Assembly (NCBI GenBank): GCA_964437385.1
Contig: CAYTGX010000009.1
Coordinates: 11,219-75,218, forward strand
Length of the DNA: 64,000 bases
Source: an uncultured Spirochaetaceae bacterium
GTDB lineage: Bacteria; Spirochaetota; Spirochaetia; SZUA-6; Fen-1364
Direction of reading: 5' to 3'
Part shown: positions 63,351-64,000 of the stretch, one piece after another
Numbering within the stretch: the stretch's first letter is position 1
Layout: each line of letters begins with the position of its first letter
Notes under the pieces: model-generated
What the model was told of the DNA's origin: nothing
The model's input: only the letters and a program-made list of their open reading frames with translations
The model's database searches: none
Translations under genes and position numbers: made by a program

Positions 63351-64000
63351 ATCCTTTCTCTGGAACCTATCGCAACCGCAATGTATTTCTCACGGGTCAT
63401 ACCGGGTTCAAGGGAAGTTGGATGGCAGCCTGGCTTCAGAAGTTGGGAGCGAATGTATCGGGTTTCGCGCTCCGGCCGCAAGGGTCGCCCAATCATTGGG
63501 ACATGCTTGGGCTCGATATGAGTTGCACGTATGCTGATATTCGAGAACTCCAGGCTCTGCAGCAGGCTCTTTTGAAAGCAGCGCCGGAAATTGTCTTCCA
63601 TCTCGCTGCCCAGGCCCTCGTGCGTGTCTCCTATGCTGAGCCGCTGTCCACATGGAGCACAAATGTGCTGGGCACTGCCAACCTTCTCGAGGCCTGTCGA
63701 AACACGCCGAGCGTTCGCGCTGTGGTGGTTGTCACGACCGACAAATGCTACGAAAACAAGGAATGGTGGTGGGGTTACCGCGAGACAGACAGTCTCGGCG
63801 GGCACGATCCGTATGGCGCGAGCAAAGCTGCCGCGGAGCTTGTGGTTCAAAGCTATCGAAGATCGTTTTTTCAGGCGCCCGGCTCCCCGCTGGTGGCGAC
63901 CGCACGAGCGGGGAACGTCGTAGGGGGAGGTGACTGGTCAGTTGACCGGCTCATTCCTGACCTGGTCCGCGCCGTACAGACCAATGGCTCCCTGGAACTG
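63347..64000 (+). CDS. rfbG: CDP-glucose 4,6-dehydratase, 3' end cut by window edge
   Basis: Not in the ORF track because there is no stop in the window. My translation from the ATG at 63347 (ATGA overlap) gives [30 protein letters not shown] ... TTDKCYEN ... YGASKAAAE. Confidence 0.9.
   Translation, partial: MNPFSGTYRNRNVFLTGHTGFKGSWMAAWLQKLGANVSGFALRPQGSPNHWDMLGLDMSCTYADIRELQALQQALLKAAPEIVFHLAAQALVRVSYAEPLSTWSTNVLGTANLLEACRNTPSVRAVVVVTTDKCYENKEWWWGYRETDSLGGHDPYGASKAAAELVVQSYRRSFFQAPGSPLVATARAGNVVGGGDWSVDRLIPDLVRAVQTNGSLEL

Noticed and set aside
1-64000. Scan for tRNA/rRNA genes, CRISPR repeats, transposases, integrases, toxin-antitoxin pairs and known defence-system proteins.
   Set aside because: None were recognised in any spacer or ORF. 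All spacers of 40 nt or more were read on both strands, and only the promoter, terminator, riboswitch-like and repeat elements listed above were seen.

Overview
High-GC bacterial chromosomal window with about 60 tightly packed genes. I saw no rRNA, tRNA, CRISPR array, transposase or integrase. The left half (1-34 kb) is mostly core functions. It holds a 5'-truncated MCP, a WecA/MraY-family transferase, a J-domain protein, dapF, lysC and a purine nucleoside phosphorylase. It also holds a RadC-like JAB domain fused to a DinG/XPD helicase, an orphan groES, and an RpoS-like sigma factor behind a consensus sigma-54 -24/-12 promoter. Further right are a PAS-GGDEF protein, a UvrD/PcrA helicase and a ribose-type sugar ABC importer. 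The importer is followed by a tightly coupled operon of Zn-ADH, ROK kinase, GmhA-like isomerase, HAD, RfaE-like kinase and one unknown protein. The core half ends with HtrA, argH, rsmI and a long-form glyA preceded by what reads as a ZTP (pfl) riboswitch. The right half (34-64 kb) is an accessory cell-surface glycan region. It contains KASIII, GT1 and SDR genes, a Wzi-like outer membrane protein and a MarR-like regulator. A GDP-D-glycero-alpha-D-manno-heptose module follows (hddC-gmhA fusion, gmhB, transaldolase, epimerase, hddA), then ugd and a class-V aminotransferase next to a LicC/PntC-like cytidylyltransferase. A wzm/wzt ABC exporter is split around a pseudaminic-acid cluster (pseB/C/I/F) carrying non-canonical tailoring genes. 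Two methyltransferases and the start of a CDP-hexose pathway (rfbF, rfbG, cut by the window end) complete the region. Unlinked groES, the sigma-54 to RpoS-like wiring and the long SHMT are reminiscent of spirochaetes, but the taxon cannot be established from the sequence alone. Many ORF-track starts were trimmed to internal starts supported by RBS, promoter or homology logic. The many long antisense ORFs look like GC-content artefacts. All calls come from reading the sequence and translations by eye; no searches were run.
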